Below, one piece after another: positions 34,986-47,699 of a DNA stretch of 64,000 nt (positions within the stretch are counted from its first letter, which is position 1; each line of letters starts with the position of its first letter). Both the position numbers and the translations under genes were made by a program. This stretch comes from Dipteris shenzhenensis (Eukaryota): assembly GCA_047967505.1 (NCBI GenBank), contig CM106538.1; one strand, 5' to 3'. The notes below the pieces were generated by a model. That model saw only the letters and a program-made list of their open reading frames with translations. It made no database searches and was not told where the DNA came from.

Positions 34986-37854
34986 TGTAGAAGAGTGTGG
35001 GATAGAAGAGATGCATCATGGCACAAAGAGTGAGAGCATAAGTGAGGCAAGATCCATTGTATTAGAATGAGGGAATGACCTCCATTTTATAGAAAGAGAG
35101 GATGGTGTAGGCACCTCCCCTATATCAATGGCAATAAGCCCCTACATTAGTGGGATTGGCCTAAATCAAAGGAACCTCCCATGTGGGGACCTTTGGCTTA
35201 CATAATCACTTAGGTCACACACTAGACACATCATAGCACTAGATGTGCCTCTACAGCACACACACACACACACATGTGACTCTCGTAGATGCACGCATGC
35301 ACCATAGAGCAATCCCTTGACCATAATTATCCCAACATACCCCCCCTCAAAGGTTTGCCTCTTGGAATGTCAAGGATACATCTAGTCTCATAGTTTCTCA
35401 TGCCATCTCATAGTGGTCACACATGGCCATCTCATGGTGGTCAAGGATAAATCTATGTCTAGGTTCTCATGCTAGCAAAGGAGCCCAAGGTTCAAGGTTT
35501 ACAAAACTGGGATAGAACAAACACATATCACATGGCCTACATCATATGGTGACCAAAGAAGATTTACAAAAGACAAAACATATGACATTATTTTTGGAGT
35601 ACTACTCCAGGCAGAGAACCTCAAAATTCGACCAAGTGATGAAAAACAAAAATTCAAAGACAAGTTGCTCAAAAGGCAAAGTCCTTGTCTTCTACTACAA
35701 AGTTGGATGCTTCTTTTGATGATGGAGTTCTCTCTTCAACCATATTTCACATAGTCCTCCTCTTCTCATTGCAAAACTTTTCAGAGTGATTATTATTTCC
35801 ACAATATGAGTAAGGGTTGATTCTATAACAATCCTTCTCAAGGTGATTGTTTTTTCCACACTGTTTACAAGCCTTGTACTTGCTCTTTGAAAACCTCATT
35901 GCAAGTGCCTCTGTATGCATTTTGCCCACTTTTGAAGTCTTCTTCCTTTCCTCTTCTTGTAAGGCACTAATGATGCCTTTTAATGAGGGTTGAGGAAGAT
36001 TCTTCAAAGTAGTAACTACATAGTCAAAATCCTAAGGCATGCTCTTTAAAAGCACTACCATAGCATCATCCTCAGTCACAGGGGAATTAATTGAAGCTAG
36101 TTGTGTCATAATACTTCTCATAGTGTTGACATGAGTAGCAACATTATCTCCTTCCATTTTAAGCTCAAAGAACTTAATTTCATTTGGAAGTATGAGAGCT
36201 AGCACCAAACAATATGTCTGAAGTATGAGAGCTAGCACCAAACAATATGTCTAACTTGTGCCATGCTTCCAAAGGGGATTACAAATCTGAAATGTGGTGT
36301 ACATAATCATCACCAAAACCTAATGCAATGATGGCATAGGCTTTCTCAATTCTGTTTGCATCTATAGGTGTAGAAGTGGATTCAGTGGCTTTTCCTTTAC
36401 CTTTTGTTGTAGTTGATTCACCTTCCTGAGAGGTTTGAGTTCCTTCTTTGACTAAGTCCCATAGATTCTCCTTCATAAGCATAAAGTTTATCTTCATTTG
36501 CCAAGTATGGAATCCTTGGCCATTGAACTTGTCAATTTTATAAGTAGCCATGAGAGGGTCTTATCTTTGTCAGGTAGTGTCTACTCTCTTAAAAAATGAC
36601 TGACTTGTGGAACAAAGAAATCTCCCTCACCATACAAATGTAGATTGCTAGAGATATATTCAAAGAATCCTAATTGTTTAGCATACTTATACCCTGTTGG
36701 CTTCTCCCAAAGTTTCTTGGCTGGGGTCTTCTTCACTTTGAATTTTGTCCTTCTTGTAGTCTTCTTCAAGTGATTAGCATTTGAAGATCCCTCAAAGCTT
36801 GGCATTTTGACAAAAGATCAGTCCTAATTGAATTTCAAACTGAAAATACATTCTCTAAACTATACTTTGGCATTACTTCAATCCTCAAGCATCAACATAG
36901 CATTTACTCTAGCATCAAATTTTCAAAAACTATAAAAAATGCTTGCAAGGAAATAGAGTAACTTGGAGGCTTGGATTCTCACTCCACATTTCTTCAAATT
37001 TGGGGCTTTGTAAGCTAGAACGAAGGCTTTATATTAGAGAGTAAGTACGGTAGAGGAGGGGCGAAATAATGTGCCACATTGCTTATGAGAGTCTCTCCAA
37101 AGTTGACTGTTCTTTTGCTAGTTTCTCTGCAACCAGTGGACCATATAGGCTCAAATTTCACTAGCAACAAGCTCTAGACATTGCCTAACTTGTTCTTGAA
37201 GGGCAAGTCGCCATTTTCTTTATAGGCATAGAATTTTGCTAATAGTCGACGCACTCTTTTTGGATCAGTATGTGCAACAGAGACCAAATATAGAGCAATG
37301 CTTTGAGCCAAAGGTGCGCCCCAGGGGGTAGAATTGTTAGTTAAGAGGGTTTGGAAAAAGGCGTAGGGAATGAAGAGAATGGAGCTTAGACATTTCTGAA
37401 GAGGAAGGGAGAGAGAGCTTCAAAATGGAGGTGATGGGGAAGATGATGAGGTGGCACTACCAAAGTGGATTCTCTAGAGCCTACCACTTCTGATAGCAAA
37501 TGTAGAAGAGTGTGGGATAGAAGAGATGCATCATGGCACAAAGAGTGAGAGCGTAAGTGAGGCAAAATCCATTGTATTAGAATTAAGGAATGACCTCCAT
37601 TTTATAGAAAGAGAGGATGATGTAGGCACCTCCCCTATATCAATGGCAATTAGCCCCTACATTAGTGGGACTGGCCTAAATTAAAGGAACGTCCCATGTG
37701 GGGGCCTTTGCCTTACATCATCACTTAGGTCACACACTAGACACATCATAGCACTAGATGTGCCTCTACAACACACACACACACACACACATGTGACTCC
37801 CCTAGATGCACACATGCACCATAGAGCAATCCCTTGACCATAGTTATCCCAACA
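34986..37854 (-). mobile_element. Non-autonomous gag-only LTR retrotransposon (TR-GAG-like), LTRs 34986-35337 and 37501-37854
   Basis: Two ~350-bp TG...CA direct repeats, a minus-strand PPT (TACCCCCCCTCAA on +, from 35338) and a degenerate PBS (TTCTGATAGCAAA) at 37488-37500. The only internal coding is gag. No clear TSD. Confidence 0.85.
35747..36551 (-). pseudogene. gag: Copia-type gag (disrupted) with tandem CCHC zinc knuckles
   Basis: MATYKIDKFNGQGFHTWQMKINFMLMKENLWDLV; FFELKMEGDNVATHV...VLLKSMP; CKQCGKNNHLEKDC and YSYCGNNNHSEKFC. A ~33-bp duplication at ~36188-36252 and stops break the frame. Confidence 0.85.
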
Positions 37855-39320
37855 ATTACTCCTTGGAGGTGACCTTGCCATCATTGTTCCCCTCGGAGTC
37901 CAAATTCAGTTTCTTCTCCTCATTCCCTTGGCTTGCATGGTTCTACTACTATCATCCCTATTTCCCCGAGTGCTACTCCTCATCTTTGGCTCGCAACAAG
38001 ACCACTCCACTAGGTTCTCGAATTGCATTTGGCCACTTTACCTACCTAGTCGTGAGTCTATGATGTAACATGCAAAGATGGGGATGGAACTTGGAGTGGA
38101 TATGTCCATTACTAACTGCCTTCAACTGGGACTCAAATGCCTTCTCAACATTTGTGAACCAATCCAATACAAGGTTGTCTTGTGAAGCTGCCACCAGTTG
38201 AGACAATATTGTTGTGGGACATAGCGTGCTCTTTTGTTTAGGCCAATGAACTTGGATAGAAATTTTCATAGCGCCCATAGTCCAGCCACTATTAATCAAG
38301 TAGCGTTGTGAGCTTGAGTAGCTATCTTTGTCAAAGTAAGCATTGCGCTATTGAGAAGAGGCTAACTATAAGGTGAGGATGATGGAAAAGACAAGAAATA
38401 AAAGGAATCTATCAGGAAAGATAGAAGTGATAGGGCCGTTGTAAGCGACAAATGCTAGAAAGCTACATAAAATAGAAATAACAAATGACTAAGATGACGG
38501 AAACCCAAAACTAAACTGTGTACCCACATAGGATGTCCCATAACTTGAATGGTTGCATGATTAAGTGGAGCCCATTTCTTGGATATGAGCAACCTAAATT
38601 ACTACCCCCTTAACGTTCAAACTGTCATGTGTTGCCATGTTGTGTATCATGTTAGATATCAATGCTCCACTCTCGTGTAACTATATGCGGGAACCAGCTC
38701 TGCCAACTAGGCTACATGCAAGTGCAGGAAGGCATCCCATGACTGACCACACTGAGGGTAGATGGAGCATTTACTGGGGCAGCCCACTCTCGGGTTGCAG
38801 GGCCTGTTTGGAGCGCCAGATGATCTCGAATGGCTCTGGGCCAAACAACAACTGTAGGTCAGTTGCTCTATTTTGTGCACTGATTCTATCGTGTGGTCAA
38901 TGGCCTATTTTGGGACCGACCCCTAGTCGGCTGTTTTGGGCGGACTGGGTTGGTCACCCAATTGGGTCTAACCGAGTACAACTGGTGGCTATATAAGAGC
39001 AAGCCCGTGAAGCCCATTTCATCACTGGCTATAGCAACCCTGATTCCTTAGCATCCAGCCTCCGTGTTCTACTATTTCCAGCTCGCCATCGAAGCTTCTT
39101 TCACAGGAGTGCACGGCTGGGAGGCAGTGCCATCTATTGTATCAGTTTTATAGTAATCAAATTTTTTATTCTCCATACTATATGTTTTCTCTCTCTTGCG
39201 TATGAGATCCTGTTATCTATTGAAAATAGACGCTGTATTGTTTTCTTACATGGTATTAGAGCCTGGACTCTAGCAAGAAGATTTGGTAGTGTGTTTCTAT
39301 TTGCGAGCAGATTATGAGAG

Positions 39321-42300
39321 ATGGCCCAGCCCACAAGACTACGAATCCCACCGTTTGGCGAAAGCGGAAAGTTGGACAGCACTAACTATCCACTCTAGAA
39401 GTTCAAGATGAAGACCATCCTAAGTGCATACGAGCTTTGGGATACTACTACTAGGGTGGAGATGAAGCCGGTCCAATCCAACCAATGCAGCACAATAGAT
39501 AGTACCAACTGTGGATGAGATTCTCGCATGGACAAGAAGAAACGCAGATGCGCTATGTTCTATTGTCTGCAGTGTAAGTGATTCTATCATGGCATTAATT
39601 CAACATGTCACCACAACAGAGGAGGTATGGACGGTCTTGAAAAATCAATACGAGACCACGAATCAGATGCGTATTCAGAATTTGGAGACTCAACTCGCAA
39701 ACGAGAAACTGTCTAAGTCTAAAGCGACAGAGAAGTTCATCACCAGGGTGAAGAATCTGGGCGATTAGATGACATCGATTGGCATCACCATCACCAGCAA
39801 GAATCTAGCATGAAGGTGCATACAGATTCTCCCACCAAAGTACGATGGTCTTGTTACGGTGCTCAATATGTAGAACAAAAAACCGCCCCTCAACTTTGAG
39901 GATTTTAGCACGATGCTTCTAGAGGAGGAGATGTGTCAAAAGACGAGGACTGGAGAAGATTCGGCTTTCTACGCTGGATCAAAGAAAGGTAAGGGTAAGG
40001 ACTCTGGTAACCCATCTTCTTCTGATGATAAAAAGAGAAAGAAGAAGATCAAGTGCTTCTATTGCAACAAGGCAGGGCACAAGTAGAATGAGTGCTGGAA
40101 GAAGATTGTAGATGAGAAGAACGGAGTAAAGAAAGAGTCTAGCAATAGCGCTTAGGCAGTACCAGTAGAGCTATTTGTAGCAATTGAGGAGATTTGCACA
40201 GAGGCAGTTCATGTACCTGCGGATGGTCCTTGGATTATTGACAGTGGTGCATCGCGCCACATGACCAGCCAAATGGATTGGTATACCTCTCTACATCTGG
40301 TAGGGAATGACATCCTGGTAGCAGTCGGCAATGATGCAAAATGTCCAGCAAAGGAAAGGTACAATTGCTCTCAAGTCATATGGAGTTGTAAAATAGTTGT
40401 ACGATGTTCTTTATGTGCTAGATATCAAGAGGAACTTGTTGTCCGTTTTTGTGATCACGGATCGGGACCTCAAAGTTCACTTTAATAAGAATGGTGCACA
40501 AATTTTGGATCTTCAAGGGAAGGTCGTTGGTAAAGGTACACAGCACAACAACATCTACAAATTCTTAGCCTTCAGTGCTCGAGCTAATGTGAAGAACACT
40601 AAGCTATGGCATGAGAGGTTTAGTCATCTAAACCTTCTTTAAAGGAGATGCATAAAAGTGGAATGATTGCAGACCTACCAGAAATTACAAATCTACTCGA
40701 TGTATGTGAAGCTTGCATGATGGGCAAACAACATTGGTAGACCTTTCCTAAAGAGGCTAGCAGGGCAAAGGCTCCTCTAGAGCTCGTTCACACGGACCTC
40801 TGCAGAAAGATGGAGATGGAAGCTTTGGGTGGTTCCTACTACTTCATGATGCTGATCGATGACTATAGTAGAAGGATATGGATATACTTCCTGAAGACTA
40901 AAGACGAGGCTTTTAGTAAGTTCAAGGAATGGCATGTAATGGTCGAGAAAGAAACGGGGACGAAGGTGAAGAAGTTGAGATCAGACAGAGGTGGAGAGTT
41001 CACATCAAGTGAATTCGGAAGTTATTGCAAAAGTCACAGGATCAAGAGGCAGAAACCCCCGCCACATACATCACAGCAAAATGGAGTAGTAGAATGCACG
41101 ATGCGCGTCATCTACGAAATGGGCAGGAGTATGATGAAAGGGAAAGATTTGCCAAAGACTTTTTGGGCTGAAGCATGTAACATGGCAGTTTACATTCTGA
41201 ATCATAGCTACACGAAGGCTGTGAACGGGATGACTCCACTACACGCCTTTTCTAGTAAGAAACCTTCAGCTGCACATTTCAGAGTTTTTGGATGTGACTG
41301 TTTTGTGCATGTCCCTGATGCTAATAGGACCAAATGGGAACCGAAGAGCCGGAAGTGTATTTTCTTGGGCTACAGTGAAGAGGAAAAGGGTTACCGTCTC
41401 TATAACCCTGTTACTAAGAAGGTAATAGTAAGTCACGATGTGGTCTTCTTAGAACAGCCGCATCAATTGGAGGAGGATGCTTCCTTCCCAGACAACTAGG
41501 ACTAGAATATCCATCCAGTACAACCACCAACAGCAGACCGAACCCCCCCAACGGTGCTTGGGAGGATTCAAGATAAAGAAGAGGAAGAAGAGCCTGCAGA
41601 ACCACGATGGCAACGGCCATTCCCAAAGTGGGTAAAGCAACTTTTGGACAGCAGAGAACCTCTAGCCATTGAGGAGAAACCATCCAAACACTGCCGGTCC
41701 AAGAGATTAGAGGAGCAAAGAAGGGCGCAGGAACAAGTCTTGGTCAACTATGCTTTGATGACAGAGGTGATCCATGCTGATGAACCCAAGTGTCTTGAAG
41801 AGGCACAAGGTGATGACAGGTGGATGGAGGCTATGCAATCAGAGTATGGCTCCATAATGAAGAACAACACTTGGGACCTTGTGGATCATCCACCAAAACA
41901 CAAGGTAATTGGAACCAAGTGGGTGTACAAGACCAAGTACAAGTCCGACAACACGTTGGATAAGTACAGGTACATGGTTTTGATTATCAAGATACTTTTT
42001 CTCCCATAGCTTGACTCGTGGCAAAAGGATTTGCACAGGTACATGGTTTTGATTATCAAGATACTTTTTCTCCCATAGCTCGACTAACCACAATTCACAG
42101 TGTATTGGCTTTAGCTGCCAAGGGAAGTTGGCCCGTGTTTCAGATGGATGTAAAATTCACCTTTCTGAATGGAGATCTCAAGGAGGAGGTATACGTGGAA
42201 CAACCACCAGGTTTTGTGATCCCCGGTTCCGGTTAAGAAGGTAAAGTCTATAAACTAAAGAAGGCACTTTATGGGCTGAAACAAGCCCCACGAGTGTGGT

Positions 42301-44653
42301 ACCAGTGAATTGATGCCTACTTTCTGCAAAACGGGTTCAGGAGGAGCCCATCTGATGCAAATTTGTATATCTTCGGAGAAGGTGGCAGGTGTATGATCGT
42401 GGTCCTTTATGTGGATGATCTTGTCATAACAGGGAACCATGAAGAGAAGATCTTGCAGAGAAGATCTTGCAGACAAAGCATTTGCTAGGAAGAGAGTTTG
42501 ATATGACAGACCTCGGACTGATGCATTTCTGTTTGGGGATTGAAGTTTGGCAAGAGCCAAAACAGATGTTCATCTCACAGCTGAAGTATGCTAGGTAGAT
42601 ACTGAAGGCATTTGGCATGGCTGAGTGCAAGACAGTTGGTACCCCTATGGAGGTTGACGTGAAGCTCTCAAACGAGGATTCATCACCACTGGTGGACAAA
42701 GTGAAGTATAGAAGGCTTGTGGGTAGTTTGATTTACTTGTGCAACATGCGGCCAGACATCAGCTTTGCGACTGGTGTACTAAGGAGGTTTTCCAATAAGC
42801 CCCGGGAGAACCATTGGAGGGCAGGGATGCAGGTGCTGAAATACATCAAAGGCACACTTGATTATGGCATCACCTATACCAAGGGCAACATCTTGACCAG
42901 ATTCTATGACTCGGATTGGGGGCAGGAGACGTGGACAGCAGGAGATCAGTGACAGGTTAATGTTTCTCACTTGGTGTGAAGATAGTGGGAGAGAAGGAAG
43001 GAGTCTCACTCGCGGCTTTCTCACATACACAGTAGGGGAATACACACAAAGGTGGAGGCTGAAAATAGTTTTCCTCTTCTTAGTTGTGAAAGCCAAAAGA
43101 ACTCTAGTACAAAGAAATAGAAGAACCCTATATGTGGGTCTCAAACCAAACTCAGCTAACTAAGGTGGCATACTAGCTGAGCCACGAACTAGAGTACATA
43201 AGGTAGCTGTCATCGAGCTATTATTCATGGGTGGTGTACCAACCGCATCTGCAGCTAACAAGTCGGTGACATAAATGCACAACGGTCACCCTGGCATATC
43301 ATGAGTGGAGCTCGATATCTCAACACTTCCCCTTGAGCTCAATCCCAATTCTTGCACGGCAAGCAGGTCTCTGAACTTGCGCTGCTTCTCTGCATTCAAT
43401 GCCTTTGTGAATATGTTAGCTATCTGATCCTTTGTGCTGACATAAACTAGATCAATAAGACCTAGTAAAACCTTCTCTCGCACATAGTGATAATGTACCT
43501 CAATGTGCTTTGTTCTAGCATGATAGACTGGGTTAGGCATACAATGCAATTTCTGCGGCACCTTTCCACCGACCTGCAGAACAGTGGTTGCACAGCAAAA
43601 ACATGGCCTTTTTCTCAGTGCTTGCAGAGAAATTCCGCATCTAAAATGGGCACTGAAATGGCCTCGAATTAGAAAAACAAAGTCACTAAGGGCTTCGCCT
43701 TATCTCGTAGCATATACTACCCTCTCGCCACACCACGAAGGGCGTCTCAATCTGAGACAGTGCACTCTTACACTTTCAGCTGTGCTCCCTGTAGAGATTT
43801 GCTCCCAAACTCGAAAAAGGAAAGCAACACTGGTCCTCTTACCAGGACACCGCGAAATTGGTTTGCTTTCTTGCACTCCTTACCACGAACCAGGCTCTGA
43901 TACCATGTGAAGATAGTGGGAGAGAAGGAAGGAATCTCAGTTGCAGCTTTCTCACATACACAATGGGGGAATACACACAAAGGTGGAGGCTGAAAATAGT
44001 TTTCCTCTTCTTAGTTGTGAAAGCCAAAAGAACTCTAGTACAAAGAAATAGAAGAACCCTATATGTGGGTCTCAAACCAAACTCAGCTAACTAAGGTGGC
44101 ATACTAACTGAGCCACGAACTAGAGTACATAAGGATAGCTGTCATCTAGCTATTATTCATGGGTGGTGTACCAACCACATCTGTAGCTAACAAGTCGGTG
44201 ACATAAATGCACAATGGTCACCCTGGCATATCACAAGTGGAGCTCGATATCTCAACACTTGGATCTGGAGTTGTGTCATGGGTCAACAAGAAGCAACCCA
44301 TAGTTGCTCTTTCTTCTACCGAGGCTGAGTACAAATCAGCATGCTTTGCTTCTTGTGAGGCAGTGTGGTTGAGGAGGATTTCAGGGGACATGGGTGCAGT
44401 GTAGAACAAGCCTACGCAATTATCATGTGACAATCAGAGTTGCATGGCGATTTCAAAGAACTCTGTGTTCCACACTCGCAAAAAACACATTGAGATTCAA
44501 TATCACTTTGTATGTGAGCTCATCATGGATGGAGAGGTCGACTTGGTGTACTGTTCGACTACAGAGAATGCTATGGACATCTTCATGAAGGCTCTTGGAA
44601 GAAACTTACTAGAGAGGCATCTTCATCGACTTGGCATTGGCCTGAAAAAGTAA
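39321..44653 (+). pseudogene. Copia gag-pol (gag, protease, integrase, RT, RNase H) with many stops/frameshifts and a nested insertion
   Basis: CFYCNKAGH zinc knuckle; WIIDSGASRHM protease; LWHERFSH and LRSDRGGEF integrase; IGTKWVYKTK, FQMDVK and LYVDDL RT; VALSSTEAEY and KHIEIQYHFV RNase H. Confidence 0.93.
42975..44257 (-). mobile_element. 1.28-kb TRIM-like/deletion-derived copia element nested in the host copia RNase H region
   Basis: LTRs 42975-43325 and 43906-44257; perfect TSD CTTGG (42970-42974, 44258-44262); PBS TGGTATCAGAGCC on the minus strand at 43905; PPT at ~43326-43338; internal RNase H tail NPVYHARTKHIEVHYHYVREK. Confidence 0.95.
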
Positions 44654-45529
44654 GTTCATTTGCGGGTGGACATTGAGGGGGGGTGTTAGATATTAATGCT
44701 CCACTCTCGTGTAACTATGCGGGAACCAGCTAACTCTACTTGTAAGCCCCCCATATGAGGAGAAGGCATTTGAGTAGCTCGGTTATCCGGTAGGTCTTGG
44801 TTTGGACACCAGATGGGGGCCATGTGTGGCCTGATGGTTGGATGGAGTTGGCACACTACCAACTAGGCTACATGCAAGTGCGGGAAGGCATCCCATGACT
44901 GACCGCACTGAGGGTAGATGGAGCATTTCTTGGGGCAGCCCACTCTCGAGTTGCAGGGCCCGTTTTGAGCCCAGATGATCCCGGATGGCTCTGGGCCGAA
45001 CGGCGACCGTAGGTCAATTGCTCTATTTTGTGCATCGGTTCCATTGTGTGGTCAGTGGCCTATTTTGGGACCGACCCCTAGTCGGCTCTTTGAGGGCTCT
45101 TTTGGGCAGACTGGGTCAGTCACCCAATTGGGTCTAACCGACTATAACTGGTGGCTATATAAGAGAAAGCCCGTGAAGCCCATTTCATCACTGGCTATAG
45201 CAACCCTGATTCCTTAGCATCCAGCGTCCGTCTTCTACTGTTTCCAGCTCACCATCGAAGCTTCTTTCACAGGAGCGCACGGTTGGGAGGCAGCGCCATC
45301 TATTGTATCAGTTTTATAGTAATCAAATTTTTGATTCTCCATACTATCTATTTTCTCTCTCTTGCATACGAGATCCTATTATCTGTTGAGCACAGACGTT
45401 GTATTGTTTTCTTACATATCGCATCCATTGTCACTAAATAGCTAAGTGGCACTCATGTTGGCATAAATTTCACCAAGGCATTATCAATTGAGTAACCTCC
45501 ATCCAAGTTCTGCATGATTGAGGAACCCA

Positions 45530-45950
45530 TTACTCAGTAGGGTTTCAGTTTACACCCATAATACAACTTCAGAATACATTCCCTTGCACAACGTTGAGTT
45601 GCTCTATCCCATTGGAGATGATGTTAGTTAGCCGATAGGGATCATTCCAACCAAGCTTTCAAAATTTGTTATATCATGCCATGCCTTTCTCCTATGATGT
45701 ATCACTTACTGCGACCAAGCTGCTCGAAGGCGTACATCATCCATGTGGCTTAACTTATGCAATCGCCCCTTGATTTCTTCTGATTCATCCAAGTGATTCT
45801 CGATTGTGATGTGGAGACTAGGAGCATAAATTCTATAGGTACCACTACTTCTAAATCAAACGCCATATAGAAAGGAGTTAGATTTGTAGCAACCTGATAA
45901 GTAGTTTGGTATGCCCAACAATGCTGAATGAAGCTTAGTATCAGGTCAAC
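45530..45950 (-). mobile_element. Ty3/gypsy integrase C-terminal remnant
   Basis: The minus strand reads WAYQTTYQVATNLTPFYMAFDLEVVVPIEF, later RRKAWHD and WNDPYRL (GPY/F-like). Confidence 0.75.
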
Positions 45951-46379
45951 GCTAGCTTGGGTGTAGCCAATTGTGAAACTATTTTTGGAGCCATTTTGGG
46001 ACCGCGAAGCGATGCGCTTCTGGGCTTGGGGGGGTCACTATGTATAAACTCTCAATATCACGTGTGTTCAAGGCCTATTTGTAAAATCCCTTACCTGTAA
46101 TTTTTCCATTCATAAAATGAAACCTTTTTCTATACAAATCTGTAAAATTTTCCCAGAATCATTTTTAAAACTCCCTTATGTAAATTAATTCTTGTGAAAT
46201 TTAGATATTAAAAATATCCTTATGTTGAACTCAGGTGATAGGGTTACATATGATGACTGCCCAATAGAGCTTCTTGGTAAATATTGAATTTTGTGTGGAC
46301 CTACACTCTTGCCAAAAATTTTCTAAACATCATGAAGGCGCACTGGCGTAATAATGAGACACAATCTATTTGCTCAGAA

Positions 46380-46900
46380 AACCGCATAGCTCGACACATG
46401 GCATCTTTGCATTGCTTCGCACAGCAAAGTCTCTGGCCTACATTGCCTGATCACTTATCATTGTGCAGCATTTTGCTGTAGCTTTGTCACCTGTCACTAG
46501 GCATGCACTCATGCAGATCATTAAAATTGAAGGTTGGCTTAGAGAGACCACCGCGATAGTTCTTGCTGTAATAATTCGACACAATCTATCATTCTAAACA
46601 CTACCGCAGCACAATCTCTAGCCTGACCACTTGTCATCATGCAACCTTTTGCTACTTTTTTACCCACATAAAATCATAGGTTGGCTTAGAGAGACCACCG
46701 CATTGGTTTTTGGCATAATAATGAGATGCAATCTATCATTCTGAGCATCGCATTAGCACAAGACCACCTGTCATTGCCCAAAATTCAAGGTTGTCTTAGA
46801 GAGACCACTGTGCTGGTTCTTGGAGTTATAGCTCTGCTACCTATTTTTACGTATTACAGGAGGAGATCTATGAAAACCACCATGCTAGTTCTTGGACTTA
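46380..46900. repeat. Degenerate ~110-150-bp tandem repeats
   Basis: GGTTG(G/T)CTTAGAGAGACCAC at ~46532, 46679 and 46789; ACAATCTAT and CCTGA.CACTT.TCAT blocks are also repeated. Confidence 0.7.
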
Positions 46901-46945
46901 TATATTTGTGTACCAAGTAAAATGTATTCCATTGTGCAACCAAGC

Positions 46946-47111
46946 AAAATGCAATTGAGGATATGGCCCTTGAGGGGTCCCCTTTAGGAGCCAGGGCCAT
47001 ATCTACGTGCATTATACAATATCCAGGATGCCACTAGATAGAAATGGCATGTCAATAGGGCCCTTGTCCCTAAAGGGGATCCCTCAAGGGCCATATGGTC
47101 AATTGCATTTT
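46946..47111. repeat. 166-bp fold-back inverted repeat (MITE- or hairpin-like)
   Basis: AAAATGCAATTGAGGATATGGCCCTTGAGGGGTCCCCTTTAGG ... CCTAAAGGGGATCCCTCAAGGGCCATATGGTCAATTGCATTTT. Confidence 0.9.
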
Positions 47112-47699
47112 CTGAAAGTTTAATTATATTTTTCTAGATGTATCTCCATGCAACCACAACGGTGGGGTCGTTGGAGATATTTTAGCACTATTTTGGTCAT
47201 AAACCAAGGAAATTGTAGTCCTTATTTCTTGGTATTTTATTCCTTGTTGTAGTAAATATAAATGATGGAAAAAGTATAATTTATCGAGTGAAAATTAAGC
47301 AAAAGAGATTACAATGTACATTTACGTCCAATAACAGGTTTTATAAAAATTATAAACTTATACCGAGCAAAAATTGACTAGAGGATCTTACATTTATTAA
47401 AACTTGGCAATTACTGAGAGCCTTAAACAAAATATTACAACTAGTGGCCATAACCATTCGAATACATATATAGAAGGTAACAATAGTGCATATCGAGAGC
47501 CTCAAATTGAAAAAAAAGAGATTACATAAATGCCTTAGACACCAAAACATTACATCTAGTGAGCCAAAAGATCATTGAGAGCCCAAAAGATTACATCCAG
47601 CCATTGTTGAGAGCCTCATCTGAGCAAGAGGGAATTTGTACAACTCAGTTTTTCACCAGTCTAGTTTGTTGCATTAAAAGTTTTTAGGGAGCCAAAGGA

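Larger units (their letters stand above)
38650..45416 (+). mobile_element. Full-length decayed Ty1/copia retrotransposon (5' LTR 38650-39250, 3' LTR 44684-45416)
   Basis: TG...CA LTRs, PBS TGGTATTAGAGCC at 39251, PPT GAGGGGGGG before 44684 and TSD TATCA/TATCG (4/5). The 5' LTR has a ~120-bp internal deletion. Confidence 0.95.

Noticed and set aside
34981-37859. TSD for the gag-only element
   Set aside because: Flanks CCAAT and ATTAC do not match, so no TSD is claimed.
38637-38996. Similar ORFs at 38637, 44975 and 59943 (and 42779-43163 / 43839-44094)
   Set aside because: They recur only because they lie within LTR copies; frames and starts are not conserved.
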